Of a DNA stretch of 64,000 bases, positions 13,168 to 26,314 are shown one piece after another. The translations under genes and the position numbers were made by a program. The stretch is from Octopus bimaculoides (Eukaryota), in assembly GCF_001194135.2 (NCBI RefSeq), contig NC_068993.1, positions 19,177,541 to 19,241,540 on the forward strand. Reading direction: 5' to 3'. Position 1 is the first letter of the stretch, and each line of letters starts with the position of its first letter. The notes under the pieces were generated by a model that saw nothing but the letters and a program-made list of their open reading frames with translations, was not told the origin of the DNA and did no database searches.

Positions 13168-14631
13168 TNNNNNNNNNNNNNNNNNNNNNNNNNNNNNNNN
13201 NNNNNNNNNNNNNNNNNNNNNNNNNNNNNNNNNNNNNNNNNNNNNNNNNNNNNNNNNNNNNNNNNNNNNNNNNNNNNNNNNNNNNNNNNNNNNNNNNNNN
13301 NNNNNNNNNNNNNNNNNNNNNNNNNNNNNNNNNNNNNNNNNNNNNNNNNNNNNNNNNNNNNNNNNNNNNNNNNNNNNNNNNNNNNNNNNNNNNNNNNNNN
13401 NNNNNNNNNNNNNNNNNNNNNNNNNNNNNNNNNNNNNNNNNNNNNNNNNNNNNNNNNNNNNNNNNNNNNNNNNNNNNNNNNNNNNNNNNNNNNNNNNNNN
13501 NNNNNNNNNNNNNNNNNNNNNNNNNNNNNNNNNNNNNNNNNNNNNNNNNNNNNNNNNNNNNNNNNNNNNNNNNNNNNNNNNNNNNNNNNNNNNNNNNNNN
13601 NNNNNNNNNNNNNNNNCCTGCATTATCAGTATCCCCTGTTTATTCACGTTCGTTTAATTTATTTTAAATTATTTTATTCATTTGTTTTTATCTACGTACT
13701 TTTCATTCCTATCTGTTTTGTATTAATTTAATTTAATTTATTATATTTTGTTTTAAATTAAATTAAATTAATACAAAAAAGAAAGAAATGAAAAAGTAAG
13801 TAGATAAAAACAAATGAAAATTAATAAAATTATATTAAACGAACGTGAATAAACAAGTCATACTGATAATGCAGGCACCATACACATTCCCTCACACACG
13901 CACTTACTAAACGTAGAGACACAAAGGGATATACGGGATATACGCATATGCAAATAAAGACACATACAAAATGGCAGATCGTTAGGAAGGAGAGACAAAA
14001 AAAAAAGAAAAAAAGAAGCAGAGGACCACTGCTGAGGTCACAGAAGTGTGACGAAAGAACTCTGGCCGTAATACAATTTATATGAAATAAAGCTGAAGCA
14101 AATGAACACCAAATATATAGTGCGTGTGTTTTCATTGGATAAATTGGCAATATGACCGTCCCCAAATACAACAATGACTGTTTCAACACACGAATTCACA
14201 TCAAGAGTCTTGCCAAACGAATATATAAACGTATATATATATATATATTTATACATATGTATATATATATATATANNNNNNNNNNNNNNNNNNNNNNNNN
14301 NNNNNNNNNNNNNNNNNNNNNNNNNNNNNNNNNNNNNNNNNNNNNNNNNNNNNNNNNNNNNNNNNNNNNNNNNNNNNNNNNNNNNNNNNNNNNNNNNNNN
14401 NNNNNNNNNNNNNNNNNNNNNNNNNNNNNNNNNNNNNNNNNNNNNNNNNNNNNNNNNNNNNNNNNNNNNNNNNNNNNNNNNNNNNNNNNNNNNNNNNNNN
14501 NNNNNNNNNNNNNNNNNNNNNNNNNNNNNNNNNNNNNNNNNNNNNNNNNNNNNNNNNNNNNNNNNNNNNNNNNNNNNNNNNNNNNNNNNNNNNNNNNNNN
14601 NNNNNNNNNNNNNNNNNNNNNNNNNNNNNNN

Positions 14632-14666
<35 letters not shown>

Positions 14667-14954
14667 ATGTATTCATGTGTTATCCTCAAACGATTAAATA
14701 TGTGCATCAAGACATGAAAATACGTACAGAGATACATATAAATGCGCAAGCGCAATGAGTTGGGGCGGTGAGGAAAGCTGACCATCACCCACAAAAGTGC
14801 TTGGGGTTAGTAACACGTATCGTGCTTTCGATGAATGTTTTCGGTTTTTATAAAGTCGCGAAACGATACTCACTCGCTTCTCTTACGTTTTATCTCAGGG
14901 CATATCCAGGATGTACCATGACAGCAGCACCACGACTTATTACTTAGTTTCATA

Positions 14955-15080
14955 TGTTTAGAGTGGAGTGTCATGAAAAGGTGTGCTTTGGTGAAGTCAC
15001 AACGCGCTACCCGGTCCAAGAATTGAACTCACGCCATCATGATCGTTAGCAAAAAAATTCTAACTACATGGTTATGTGTC
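14955..15080 (-). mobile_element. Degenerate tRNA-derived SINE (family C), 5' part
   Basis: The reverse complement has a tRNA-like head with GTGAGTTCAATTCTTGG (B-box-like); it resembles the + strand head at 20493-20585. Confidence 0.5.
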
Positions 15081-15957
15081 TTTAACGTATCTGTATACAC
15101 TCATTCATTCAAATAAACACACATATGTATGCCTATATAAACACCTACACATGTGTACCCAGATCGATGAAAATGAATTTCAAGAACTGGTGGTGGTGGA
15201 CGATGCTAAGTTTATTGAAGCTGAAGTTTGGATGGAATGCCAATAGATTTTTAAATTCCTCTCCATGAAATCAGGCAACGCCTTTCCATACGTCTTCCAA
15301 ATTTCCACTCGTACATGCGTATAAACATTCACGCACACGCACACAGACACACACACTTGCAATAATACACACACATATGTGTGTTGCTGAGAATATATAT
15401 CCAGGTATATATGAGAATGTGTGTGAAATAAAATTGTCGTGGTACAGGTGGTTTTTAACAACTCGCTATAGAGAATATCAGTTTCTTATCAATCTCTATA
15501 TAACTTAATATTTCATTTTGGCATTTATTACCTTTTCAGAGCTTATGATAATTATGTAATTTTATTTTAAAATTTGTCACATATCTACATAGTAGTGAGT
15601 AAAAACAAAATATGTAGAAGCAGTTAACGATGTCTTTAATAATCAATTTATTTATTAATGAAGAAATATTTTCTGAAGTAAAAATAAATGCAGTAAATTG
15701 TTATAAATTTCGAGACGGAATAAAGCCATGGAGAGGGGGAGAAATAGGAGGGGGGTTGCAGAGAGGAATAGAGGAAAAGGGAGAGTGACAGAGAGAATGA
15801 TGTACAGAAATGAAACAGGTAATGAAATAAGATGAGATAATGGAAAGAGGAATAGAGACGAGAAGTAGATTGACGATTATGTAAAGACGATCGAAAGCGC
15901 AAGAAATTAAAAAGAAGAAAAACTAGTTCATTTGGCTGCATATTATCCTACAGGAAA

Positions 15958-16175
15958 AAGGCGACGAGCTGGCAGAATCGTTAGCACGCCGGGCGAAACG
16001 CTTAACAGTATTTCGTCTGTCTTTACGTTCTGAGTTCAAATTCCGCCGAGGTCGACTTTGCCTTTCATCCTTTCGGGTTCGATAAATTAAGTATCAGTTG
16101 CGAACTGGGGTCGGTCTAATCGACCCCCCCCCCAAAAAAAAAATTTCGGGCCTTGTACCTAGAGCAGAAAAGATT
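15958..16175 (+). mobile_element. SINE family B, tail type ii
   Basis: A-box-like TGGCAGAATCG, B-box GAGTTCAAATTCC, central GTCGACTTTGCCTTTCATCCTTTCGGG domain and tail GGCCTTGTACCTAGAGCAGAAAAGATT; many related copies in the window. Confidence 0.9.
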
Positions 16176-17078
16176 CTCATACAAGAAAGATTTTGCAAAT
16201 GCCATGCACTAAGCTTGACCGGGTGGTTACGATTTTTATTCTATCACAGCTTTGGGCTGATCCAAGACGTAGGATAGAATTATCTTCACTGGAACAGGGC
16301 ATGAATCTATCGATCTCCGTCTATATTAATACAGTACACATTATTTCAAAAAGTATGCATTCATATAATATGCAATTTAAAGGAAAGACAGTAAGGCGAT
16401 AACTAAAGAAATGCACTATACATTCACCACATTATCATATACATGTGTGTGTTTGTGTGTGTGTGTGCATGTGTGTGCAGGTACTGGGGATGTGTGCCAA
16501 GTCTCTTTAACTATAGATTCGGATTGAGCCGTTACATTATATATACATACAATAACAGCCATCTTCTGGTAGCCATCTTAGACATCTCGGACATTTTCAT
16601 TCATTCGGTAATTCCAGAAGCCTGAAGATGGGTTCCGTAAAGGGCCCGCAAAAAACGAAGTAACTAGGAATCCGTATCAAACTGTTTTAAATAACACACG
16701 CACACACACACACACACACACATACACACACACACACACACACGCATNNNNNNNNNNACACACACACATACACACACACACACACACACGCATACACACA
16801 CACACACACATGGTTTCGGAACCCTATGGACGTCTCGTCAGACTCTAAAGCGGAAGGCAAATGTAACTCTTCACCTCTGGGAGGCAGGAACCCGTTACGG
16901 TCATTTCGTCAATAAATCACCAAAGAATAAATGTTCCGGGGTCAGCAAAGACGGATTAAATCCTTTGGACTAGTTCATTATGTCAAAAGACGTGGAACGG
17001 GATTTTCCCCTTGGGCTGCTTTTAGATCATAAGGACCCTTCCAGGTTTTGTTAGAGGAGGAGAAACCTGTACTTGCAT

Positions 17079-17249
17079 ATACTCGATGGGCGTCTTTCAA
17101 TTTCCGTCTACCAGATCCACTCACAAGGGTTTGGTTGGCCTCTGGATATAGTAGAAGACACTTGCCCAAGTTGCCACGGAGTAGGAGTGAACCAGGAGCT
17201 ATGTGGTTGGGAAGCAAGCTTCTTAACTCACAGCAACGGCTTCTCCTAT
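17079..17249 (-). mobile_element. SINE family A, 5' module
   Basis: The reverse complement matches the family A head, including GGCAACTTGGGCAAGTGTCTTCTACTAT. Confidence 0.85.
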
Positions 17250-18003
17250 ATTTGTCTATATAGTTCAAACACATACAGCTGGTCAGTCCAAGTTATTTTT
17301 CTCAGCTCATTTCTGTTTAAATTATACTATAATATCTCATTCAAATTATAGGATACACAATAATATCACAACCAAATTATCTTAACCTCCTTCTCGTACA
17401 TATACCAAATCAAACTTGTAAGAATAATTTCTCCAAACAATTATCGAAACGCCTTGTTATAAAAACCACAAAGGAAAGCCGACAAATACTTTTCTATTAT
17501 TCTTACGAATCATTTACATGCAGAAGTCAATACCTCCATATTCGGTATTTTAGTTATTACCGTTATGCAAATAATTATAACACAATAAAACAATATACGG
17601 CAAATCACACCTACACAGTTAAAGTAGCCACTCGAAAAGAAACACAAACAAAACCTCATACGTAGAAGGCAGCTATACAAGCTTCGGAAGTAAAATCGAT
17701 TTCGAGTGACTAAACACAGAAATCAAAATAAAAAATGAAGATTAAAAAAGAATGCATTTGTCTGATATAGATGACGAAACAAGCCGTGAAAAACTATAAA
17801 GAATAATTAGCAGAATGAGCCATGCTACAGAAAATAGCTGCCTTTTATCGCAGTCTACCATAATAACTTTGAATATTTAGTGCTCTAAAAGAAATAGTTT
17901 GTTAAATGCTTGTTCACAGTAGATCATAAGTGCCACACATATATAAAATTATAATGTTCAGACCTTACACTCTCATTCTTCTACACACATACATGCGCTT
18001 ATA

Positions 18004-18036
<33 letters not shown>

Positions 18037-18168
18037 GCATACACACACACACACACACACACACATATNNNNNNNNNNNNNNNNNNNNNNNNNNNNNNNN
18101 NNNNNNNNNNNNNNNNNNNNNNNNNNNNNNNNNNNNNNNNNNNNNNNNNNNNNNNNNNNNNNNNNNNN

Positions 18169-18199
<31 letters not shown>

Positions 18200-18989
18200 G
18201 TGCGTGTGTGGATGTGTGTGTGTGCATATATGTATAATGACTTGCACTTACATTCTAAACGCATATGGACATTTATAAACAGATTATAGTGCTGCAGAGA
18301 ATGAAACATTTTAGATTATAATAATTAAGAAATTCCCTAACGGCTGAAAATTTAGCACTTACGATACAAAAGATTCTCGTATAAAACATAAAATAACGAA
18401 AATCAATAAAAGTGCAATGAAGCATACATTGAAACAAAGCAAAACGAAATAGAGTTAAACACCAGAAATTTGAAGAACTACCAATTTCTTCCTTTTAAAG
18501 CTACACAAAACCTGTTACATTTATACAAAAACAAAATATATTGTACAACAGGGATGCGTAAATCTACTTTGAAGAAACCTAAACTCTTTACGTACGCTAA
18601 ACTGTATTAATTATTTAAAAACAAAACTACTTCGTTGATTCAGTGTCTCTTAGTTCATACATTACAGTTCGATAAATCCAGATAAAGTACGTGCCACCAA
18701 ATGTTCTAAAGCACTGAAGCACAATCCTTTGTTAAAATCCCTCTCTATTTAATTTGTATGTTTTCTGATACTATATCCTCTCTAGAAAACATGTCCACCA
18801 CAAGGTCCAACCTTTGTTACAGTAAGGTACTTCACGTGACTCAGTGAGCCTGAGAGCTATGTCAACGGAGCGCAAGCTCCTGGTACAACTTTCTATGACG
18901 GACAGATCACAAAATCTAGACCTAACTAATATGGGCTATCTCTTTCCTCGTGTACTTATAAGAAAATTACAGAACCATTGAGAACGAAC

Positions 18990-19195
18990 CAAAGCGAATA
19001 AGATCTGTTTGAAGACCCATTTCCGCATGGAAAATGTGACGCGGTGCAGTAAAATCCAAAAATAAGCTGCAACACTGAAAATATAGGAAACCAAGTGGAG
19101 AGAAGTAGAAAGATGTCCCAGAGTCGAGAAGAGTAGAGAGAAAGTGCCGATGGCATATGCACCACAGGAAGCGAAGAGCTCAAGTCGCAGTAAGT
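18990..19195 (+). mobile_element. RTE-type LINE 3' end remnant
   Basis: Translates to ...SREE*RESADGICTTGSEE, resembling the RTE C-terminal WR-x-x-V-x-x-LC-x-x-G motif; heavily decayed. Confidence 0.4.
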
Positions 19196-19865
19196 AGTGA
19201 GCTTAAGTAAAAATTATATTGAACGTATGAAAGAAGACTAGGACTTCCATAAATCATTCATGATTCCACTTACTGACAACACATTCCAGGTAAATATTTT
19301 GTTGAATGTGTGTTGTAAATATTACTATTTTACCTGGTTTAAATACTTTATCTCTAAGAAATATCCCGACATCTCTAAACAATCAGTGCGCCTGTAGCAC
19401 CTTGTTGTAAGATCATGGCGCACCACCGAGACACTTGTAGCTAATGCATAGCTAAATAATTACGCTTCATAATATCTTAAGATATTTTAAACCTGATACC
19501 ATGCCACTATTCTGCTAAATAGTTTTCCACGGATAGTCACACAGGAGATGTAAAAATACAGGCTGGAAATACATAATTTCTACCTTGGCCCATTCTTTCA
19601 TGTGTGTTTTGTTGATTCGATCATAATAACAAAAAGAAATCGACTCAAACGAAATAATCAATGTATGTAAACCATGGTATGTATGCTAAAAGTGATTATC
19701 TTCAAGTTGGTTTGTTATCTCAAACAACGTCGCCATTCCTCAGTTTATATTCTGGTTAATAATAAATGAACAAAAAATCTCGGATTCGAGGTTTCCTTTT
19801 CACAAAACAGAGAAAAGTTATGAACAAAATATATATACCTATATACATATAGATGAGATGACGTG

Positions 19866-19900
<35 letters not shown>

Positions 19901-20492
19901 TATTTATGTATATATATGTGTGTGTATGTGTGTGTGGTTGTGTGTACATATACACAGGAATGAGTGGTGAGAGAGAAAGAGAGACAGAAGTGGAGAGAGC
20001 TGATAGAGGGAGGGAGAATGAAAGTGTACATATTTAAGAGATTCACGGTTTCAAAAGTGCTAAGCAAGAGAGAATTAGTTTTTTTTTTCTTTTACAGTTT
20101 CGTATTTAAATGTAAATTTGTAAAATATTCAGGATTTGTGCCCTATGAATTAAATTGTTATTTTGTATAAATTTGTATACTTTGTATATATTAAAAATAC
20201 ATGTAAAAATGCCGGTCATTAGAGCGTCTGTAAATATTATAAAAGGAAAACAAATTTAAAGATGAAATAATGAAAGAATAAATTATTTTCCATCTTCCAT
20301 GGCCTGAAACTAAATAGTTTTAGGCCATGAAAGGAATAATTCTGCAACGAATAATTTTGGAAAGAATAATTTTGCAAGGAATAATTTTAAAAGGAATCTT
20401 TTTGAAATGAGGAAATGATATAACCTGAGCGATTTGATTTATGCTATGTATTTTCTGTGAATGTAATTTTGTTACTGTTTTGCTACAGTATG

Positions 20493-20585
20493 GGCAAGTG
20501 GTTACGGTGTTGCAGTCACGATCTTGGTTTTAATTCCTAGAGTGAGTGGGGTGGTGTGTTCTTGAGCAAAACATTTCATCTCAGC
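20493..20585 (+). mobile_element. Degenerate tRNA-derived SINE head (family C)
   Basis: GGGCAAGTGGTTACGGTGTT...GGTTTTAATTCC followed by GTTCTTGAGCAAAACATTT. Confidence 0.5.
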
Positions 20586-21059
20586 AGAAAATGGAGAAAA
20601 TTTTGATCAACAAACAAATAAATTGATCAACATCGGTTAATTGTTTTTTAATACAAAAAATAACATAACATTACATTACATTTTCTACCGCCGTTTCGGC
20701 TGCCGATGTCAATTGGTGCTTACAAAGAAAATTCTGAAAATGATATTCGCAATCTTTATAACACATTCGTTGCTCGAGTACATGAAGCTTCATCAGAGTG
20801 AATACAAATATATAAAATAAAATAAATAAATAAAGCGAAGAGGAAATAGGAAAGACAGGACCTCGAGATGAGGCCAGAAGGCTCTATATATTCGAATCAT
20901 ACCATTTTGCCGGGTGAAGCATGAAATGGGTAGGCAAAAGAGTTCCCAACGTTTACACCCAGGCCACATTTCTAGCACCCCCAATCAAACTAATCATCAC
21001 AAATATAGACCCATTTCTGAAGCAAATTCAAAAGCCACTGTATTTAACAAAAAATACTT

Positions 21060-21196
21060 AAAGTAATGTTTCCATTATTTTGTTGCTTTTACATGATTCG
21101 CTATCCCATTATCGCTCCACTTTTCTTCAACGCCCCCTTGGAACTAACTTACCAACGCCCCCAGGGCTAAATACCGCCCACTTTGTGGAACCACTG
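21060..21196. mobile_element. Solo terminus of a hAT/Charlie-like non-autonomous element
   Basis: The reverse complement reads CAGTGGTTCCACAAAGTGGGCGGTA...GGGGGCGTT, the CAGTGGTT.C.AAA pattern of Charlie-type TIRs; no partner end found. Confidence 0.5.
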
Positions 21197-21596
21197 CCTT
21201 AGACAGTTGCTCCGACAACTAAATCTGCTTACCTTATATATATATATGTATATAAATGCAGAGCTATCATCATATATATATATATATATATATACAGCTA
21301 TCATCAGCAAGAAATAATTGGGTTGTCACTGAAGGTGTTATACACAATGGTATTACAGCAAATTAGTGATAGAATCTATAAAGACCAATTCAAACATCGC
21401 GAAACTTGCATTTCTAGGTGTAAAAGTCTACAATAAAATGCTCTACATTCAGGATTTAATATTCATAAATTTATAAGTATTCGATATTATTGCTCTGAAA
21501 TTGAATTATTCCGCTTCATTTTGTCGGTCCTTTCATGAATTTACATAAAATGATACTCGTTAGGCATACGAAACAGTCATCCTTGTTTCTATCCAT

Positions 21597-21660
<64 letters not shown>

Positions 21661-22081
21661 NNNNNNNNNNNNNNNNNNNNNNNNNNNNNNNNNNNNNNNN
21701 NNNNNNNNNNNNNNNNNNNNNNNNNNNNNNNNNNNNNNNNNNNNNNNNNNNNNNNNNNNNNNNNNNNNNNNNNNNNNNNNNNNNNNNNNNNNNNNNNNNN
21801 NNNNNNNNNNNNNNNNNNNNNNNNNNNNNNNNNNNNNNNNNNNNNNNNNNNNNNNNNNNNNNNNNNNNNNNNNNNNNNNNNNNNNNNNNNNNNNNNNNNN
21901 NNNNNNNNNNNNNNNNNNNNNNNNNNNNNNNNNNNNNNNNNNNNNNNNNNNNNNNNNNNNNNNNNNNNNNNNNNNNNNNNNNNNNNNNNNNNNNNNNNNN
22001 NNNNNNNNNNNNNNNNNNNNNNNNNNNNNNNNNNNNNNNNNNNATATATATATATATATATATACACACGCACGCGCACAC

Positions 22082-22113
<32 letters not shown>

Positions 22114-23039
22114 CGTGCATATGCATATTGGTGTAGCGGTATAAACTGTGAATGAATGTGTTTGGAGTGAGTTTGCGTTGTCCGGGGGCGTGAGAGATCA
22201 TATATACCCTTATAATAATACTACTACATAAAGTATAATGGCCTCGTAGCACTGCAAATGAAAGTGAGAAACATTAGACTATAAAATTATCTGTGTTTGA
22301 AGTGTGAAGTGTATGCAAACGTGACCATATTTGTCACTCTCTCATGCAAATGTAAGCGCACGTATCACTTTCCTGCAAAATGGCGGATACGAGAGTGTGA
22401 AAAAAAAAATTTCGAGACATGATTTTCTCACACCTTTCTCTACACAGCGTTCATGTGACTGCATTGCTATAGATATATAATTATGATGTAGTTCATGTGA
22501 CTTAGCTATTCTGCTAAAATCAACAGCATATTTACTCGTAACATTAGATTTCTATACGTCCTTGTTCTCATTCTATGCGGTTTTATAATTTCATATGATT
22601 CTATACCGAGGCGTAGTGAATTAAGACATTTATATTTCTACGTTCACATACAGATATATTTTAAAAATTCCTACTCTCTTTATATATATGTATGCCTGCA
22701 TGTGTGTGTTTGTGTGTGTGTGTGTCTGTATGTCTGTGTGTGAAGCTGTGTGAGTGTCTTTATGTGTGTATGTTTGGAAATACGTAAATTAAAGTATGTT
22801 TCATACTTCTATAAATACACACACACACACACATATTATGCATGCAGACATATGCCAAAGACTTATGCACTTGCCTTCATTTTACACATAACAAAACAAC
22901 ACTATTTCCTGTGAATATACAAAAATATACAATCAAACATTTATACACACACACAGAGACACACATAGCGTGTTATAAACTCACGTAATCTTAGAGAGAG
23001 ATAGTGATAGAGAAGGATAAATATATATATATAGAGAGA

Positions 23040-23072
23040 GAGGGAGATAGAGATAAATAGATAGATAGTTAG

Positions 23073-23164
<92 letters not shown>

Positions 23165-23550
23165 AGAGAAAGGGTGAGAGAGATGAAGAGCTTGGTGGAA
23201 TAACAAATATATTTTTCATTTGCCGAGAATTCAGGTGTAAAATTTAAGAAAAGAAAATACATAACTAAAACATACAGATACATACATACATACATACATA
23301 CATACATACATGCATACATGCATACATGCATACATGCATACATGCATGCATACATACATACATACATACGTACATACATACATAATACATACATGCATAC
23401 ATACATGCATACGTACATACATACATACACGCACATACATACATATATACATAGATGCATACATACATACATACATAATACATACATATATAGATGCATA
23501 ATACATACATACGAACATACATACATACATACATACATACATACATACAT
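23040..23550. repeat. (GA)n tract followed by a long (TACA)n-type array at 23270-23550
   Basis: Read directly from the sequence. Confidence 0.95.
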
Positions 23551-24765
23551 CTGATGGAGAATGTTACAGGTACCTAGTGTTAGATGAAAATATATCTTAC
23601 CATGGTAGCTGTAATACGACACATATCAATAAAGAATATTTGAGCCAGATAAAGGAATTATTAACCTCATAAATCTTTGCATTCAATGAAACAATGGCCC
23701 ACAATATATTTGTAGTACCTCTCCTCATATCAACTTTTGGGCTACTAGATTGGATGCTTGATGAGATCCGAGCCGTTGTTGTGACTCCCAGGAAGATGCT
23801 AGCCAGCACACAATTTCCACATAAACAGCGACGTAGACCACATCTACCTAAAACGAAAACAAGGTGGCAGATGCTTAATATCGATCGAGACTGTCTTTGA
23901 ATGGCATAATTTATCCCTTGGCAACATCTTTTAACCACCGAATGTCGAAGTGCATCTGTTGGTCAAGTTTGCGTACATGAGGCAGATATGATCATGTGAC
24001 TTGGAAAGTAGCTCCTTCAGCAGCATTCCTTGTCTGATAGTCTTGAATACAACATGTCATCAGATGAGAGAACGAATGTATATCAGCTGAAGACCATGCA
24101 TGGATATTTTAGTAGAGATCTCCGGTATGCTAGTAGTATTTATAATGAAAGCACTCTATCATGCACAACAAGCGGATTACTATATATATTATGTTAGAAA
24201 CCATAGACACTAATAATAAGAAGGAGTACTGGTGGAATGTCTTAGTGAATAGACAATAATAGAGCTGACATAGTAATTTTGGATAGAGAAGAGTAATTGT
24301 GTACAGTAGGAAAAAGCAGCTGCCCAACATATGTTAACATAAAACTAAATATCAGTAAAAAAGAAAATAACCTATGCTGAACTATTGAGATATCTAAAGT
24401 TACTCTATCCATATTACAAGTTTAGGATTATACCTGTAATTATTGAAGCATTGGAATATGTAAAACATTGCCTAAGTAACAATCTTGAGAAATTAGACTT
24501 CTCAAACCCAGACAGGAGAAAGCTGATTTGAAGACTACAGATCCAAGTCAATACGGGAACTGTAAAAATTTGTAAAACTTCCCAGATTATCGTATAAGTA
24601 CATATGTGTTTAGACATGTAACTATATGTGTTTAGACATGTAACTATATCCAAGAGAAAATTCAATAAAGCAAAACATACAATTCTGCACATGCATTGAC
24701 TACAAACACTACACTTATGCACACATACATGCAAAAATAGCCTGTTGATGCAGTGAAAATTCCAG
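23551..24765 (+). mobile_element. Second R4/Dong-clade LINE, 5'-truncated and internally deleted, with 3' UTR
   Basis: Translation across disruptions gives YRYLVLDENI...KEYL...AHNIFVVPLL..TFGLLDW..DEIR...FHINSDVDHIYLKRKQGGRCL...TMHGYF...DIVILDRE...YKFRIIPVIIEALEYV...GTVKICKT. The knuckle region appears deleted. A 22-bp tandem duplication lies at 24603-24646. Confidence 0.8.
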
Positions 24766-24830
24766 TTAACCCTTCGTGGGGCGGTGGGGTCCTTTGGGAC
24801 CCCAGAAAATTTTAGAAGTTATACAAGTTT
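24766..24830 (+). mobile_element. piggyBac-like terminus (solo)
   Basis: TTAA followed by CCCTT, then a GGGGTCC-TTTG-GGACCCC hairpin at 24786-24803; no partner end found. Confidence 0.35.
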
Positions 24831-25398
24831 TACACTTTTATTTAAAGGATTTTATATCTCACGACTTTTATTGTCAGTAGTTTATGCATGCACGTACAAA
24901 CCGCTTTTTTCATACCTGCAAATTTTACCACAACTCTAAATGCATCCTAAATAACCAAACAGTATATATCCACAACACCCCATAGGTAATCTCCAGTAAC
25001 CCTACTTATCTCCATTTTAAATTTTAAAATCTAATTTTTTAAATTCAACTTTACAATGAAAGTAAACAAACAAAGTTTGTCTATAAAAGCATCGAAATGT
25101 ATTGTAAGATACAGAAAAATATTTATGTCTCAAACGTGTGATAATGCTATAAATAGCGAGATCAGGATAAATTATCCATATAATGCAGAAAAATACGTTA
25201 CCGGCCAGCCATGAGACTCGAACTCACATCTCTGTGATTACATGTCAAGTGTTTTAACTCCCCTATCTTACTTTAAGGATCCCAATCATTTAATACTACA
25301 TATATGGACAGACAAGCGGATACATGTGTGTATAAATGTGTGTACATGTATGTTATGCATTTTATGTATGTATATATTCGTATGTGGGTATATGTATG

Positions 25399-25462
<64 letters not shown>

Positions 25463-26029
25463 CATACACATATATGTGCGTGTGTGTGTATGCATGCGTA
25501 CGTGCATATGTATATGCAAATATATATGAATGTGTGTATGTGTATAGATGTATACGTAAGTACCTGTATGCAGGCATGCGTGTGACTTTAAGCGCATACG
25601 CGCAGGCTCCCTTCACACTCTCTGCGTTCTTTCTACTTTTCTTCTCGCTCACCTTCTCTCACATTTCTTGGTCTTCCCTTCATTCCCACTTTCCCTCTTC
25701 TTTTACTTAACTCTGTCCCTTTCCTTTCTTTTTCTCTCTCGTTCTCGTCTCTCCTTAATTCTTTAATCCCTCTGCCTCCTACCATTCTCCTCTCTTTCCA
25801 CGTGACCGGTGTTCTGCAAAGCCTGACCTTTCATTTTGGTTCGTCTACCATCCGTGTAGCATCTCTTATATACATTCCAATTCTCTTATGTCCTGCCGTA
25901 AGACATCACTTCCACACACGCCAGTTTAATTCAATTCTTCCTTAGTCGAAAGACACCTGTTGTTAATGTCCTGTTGTTTGCATTTGTAATTATGTACCAT
26001 TTCTCCCTTCTTTCAATCCTTGTTTTCGT

Positions 26030-26260
26030 ATACATTCGCTTGCTTTCTTTCAAGGAGTCTAGTGCTCTTAGCTTAGATTTTCTTCAGGCCGGTCAGATTG
26101 GAGCAGTCTCGAGTGTAACGGGCCGAGACTGCAAAGATGATCTGGAACTCGACTGAGGATAGGAATCTGCGAATGACCCGTCCTTATATTTTCGTGTCCT
26201 TTTTTGCATCCTCTAACTGTCCAGATGTTTTGTTGTCACCTGTTACGTTCTAGTTCCACC
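26030..26260 (+). mobile_element. Possible decayed Penelope-like terminal repeat
   Basis: GGCC...GGCC-GAGAC-TGCA resembles a hammerhead stem II, GAAAC and palindromic loop, but the CTGATGA half is absent. Confidence 0.25.
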
Positions 26261-26272
26261 TTTTGTTTATAT

Positions 26273-26314
<42 letters not shown>

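Noticed and set aside
25205-25272. tRNA-like segment on the - strand (GTGAGTTCGAGTCTCAT B-box)
   Set aside because: No complete cloverleaf could be drawn; most likely a decayed SINE head rather than a tRNA gene.
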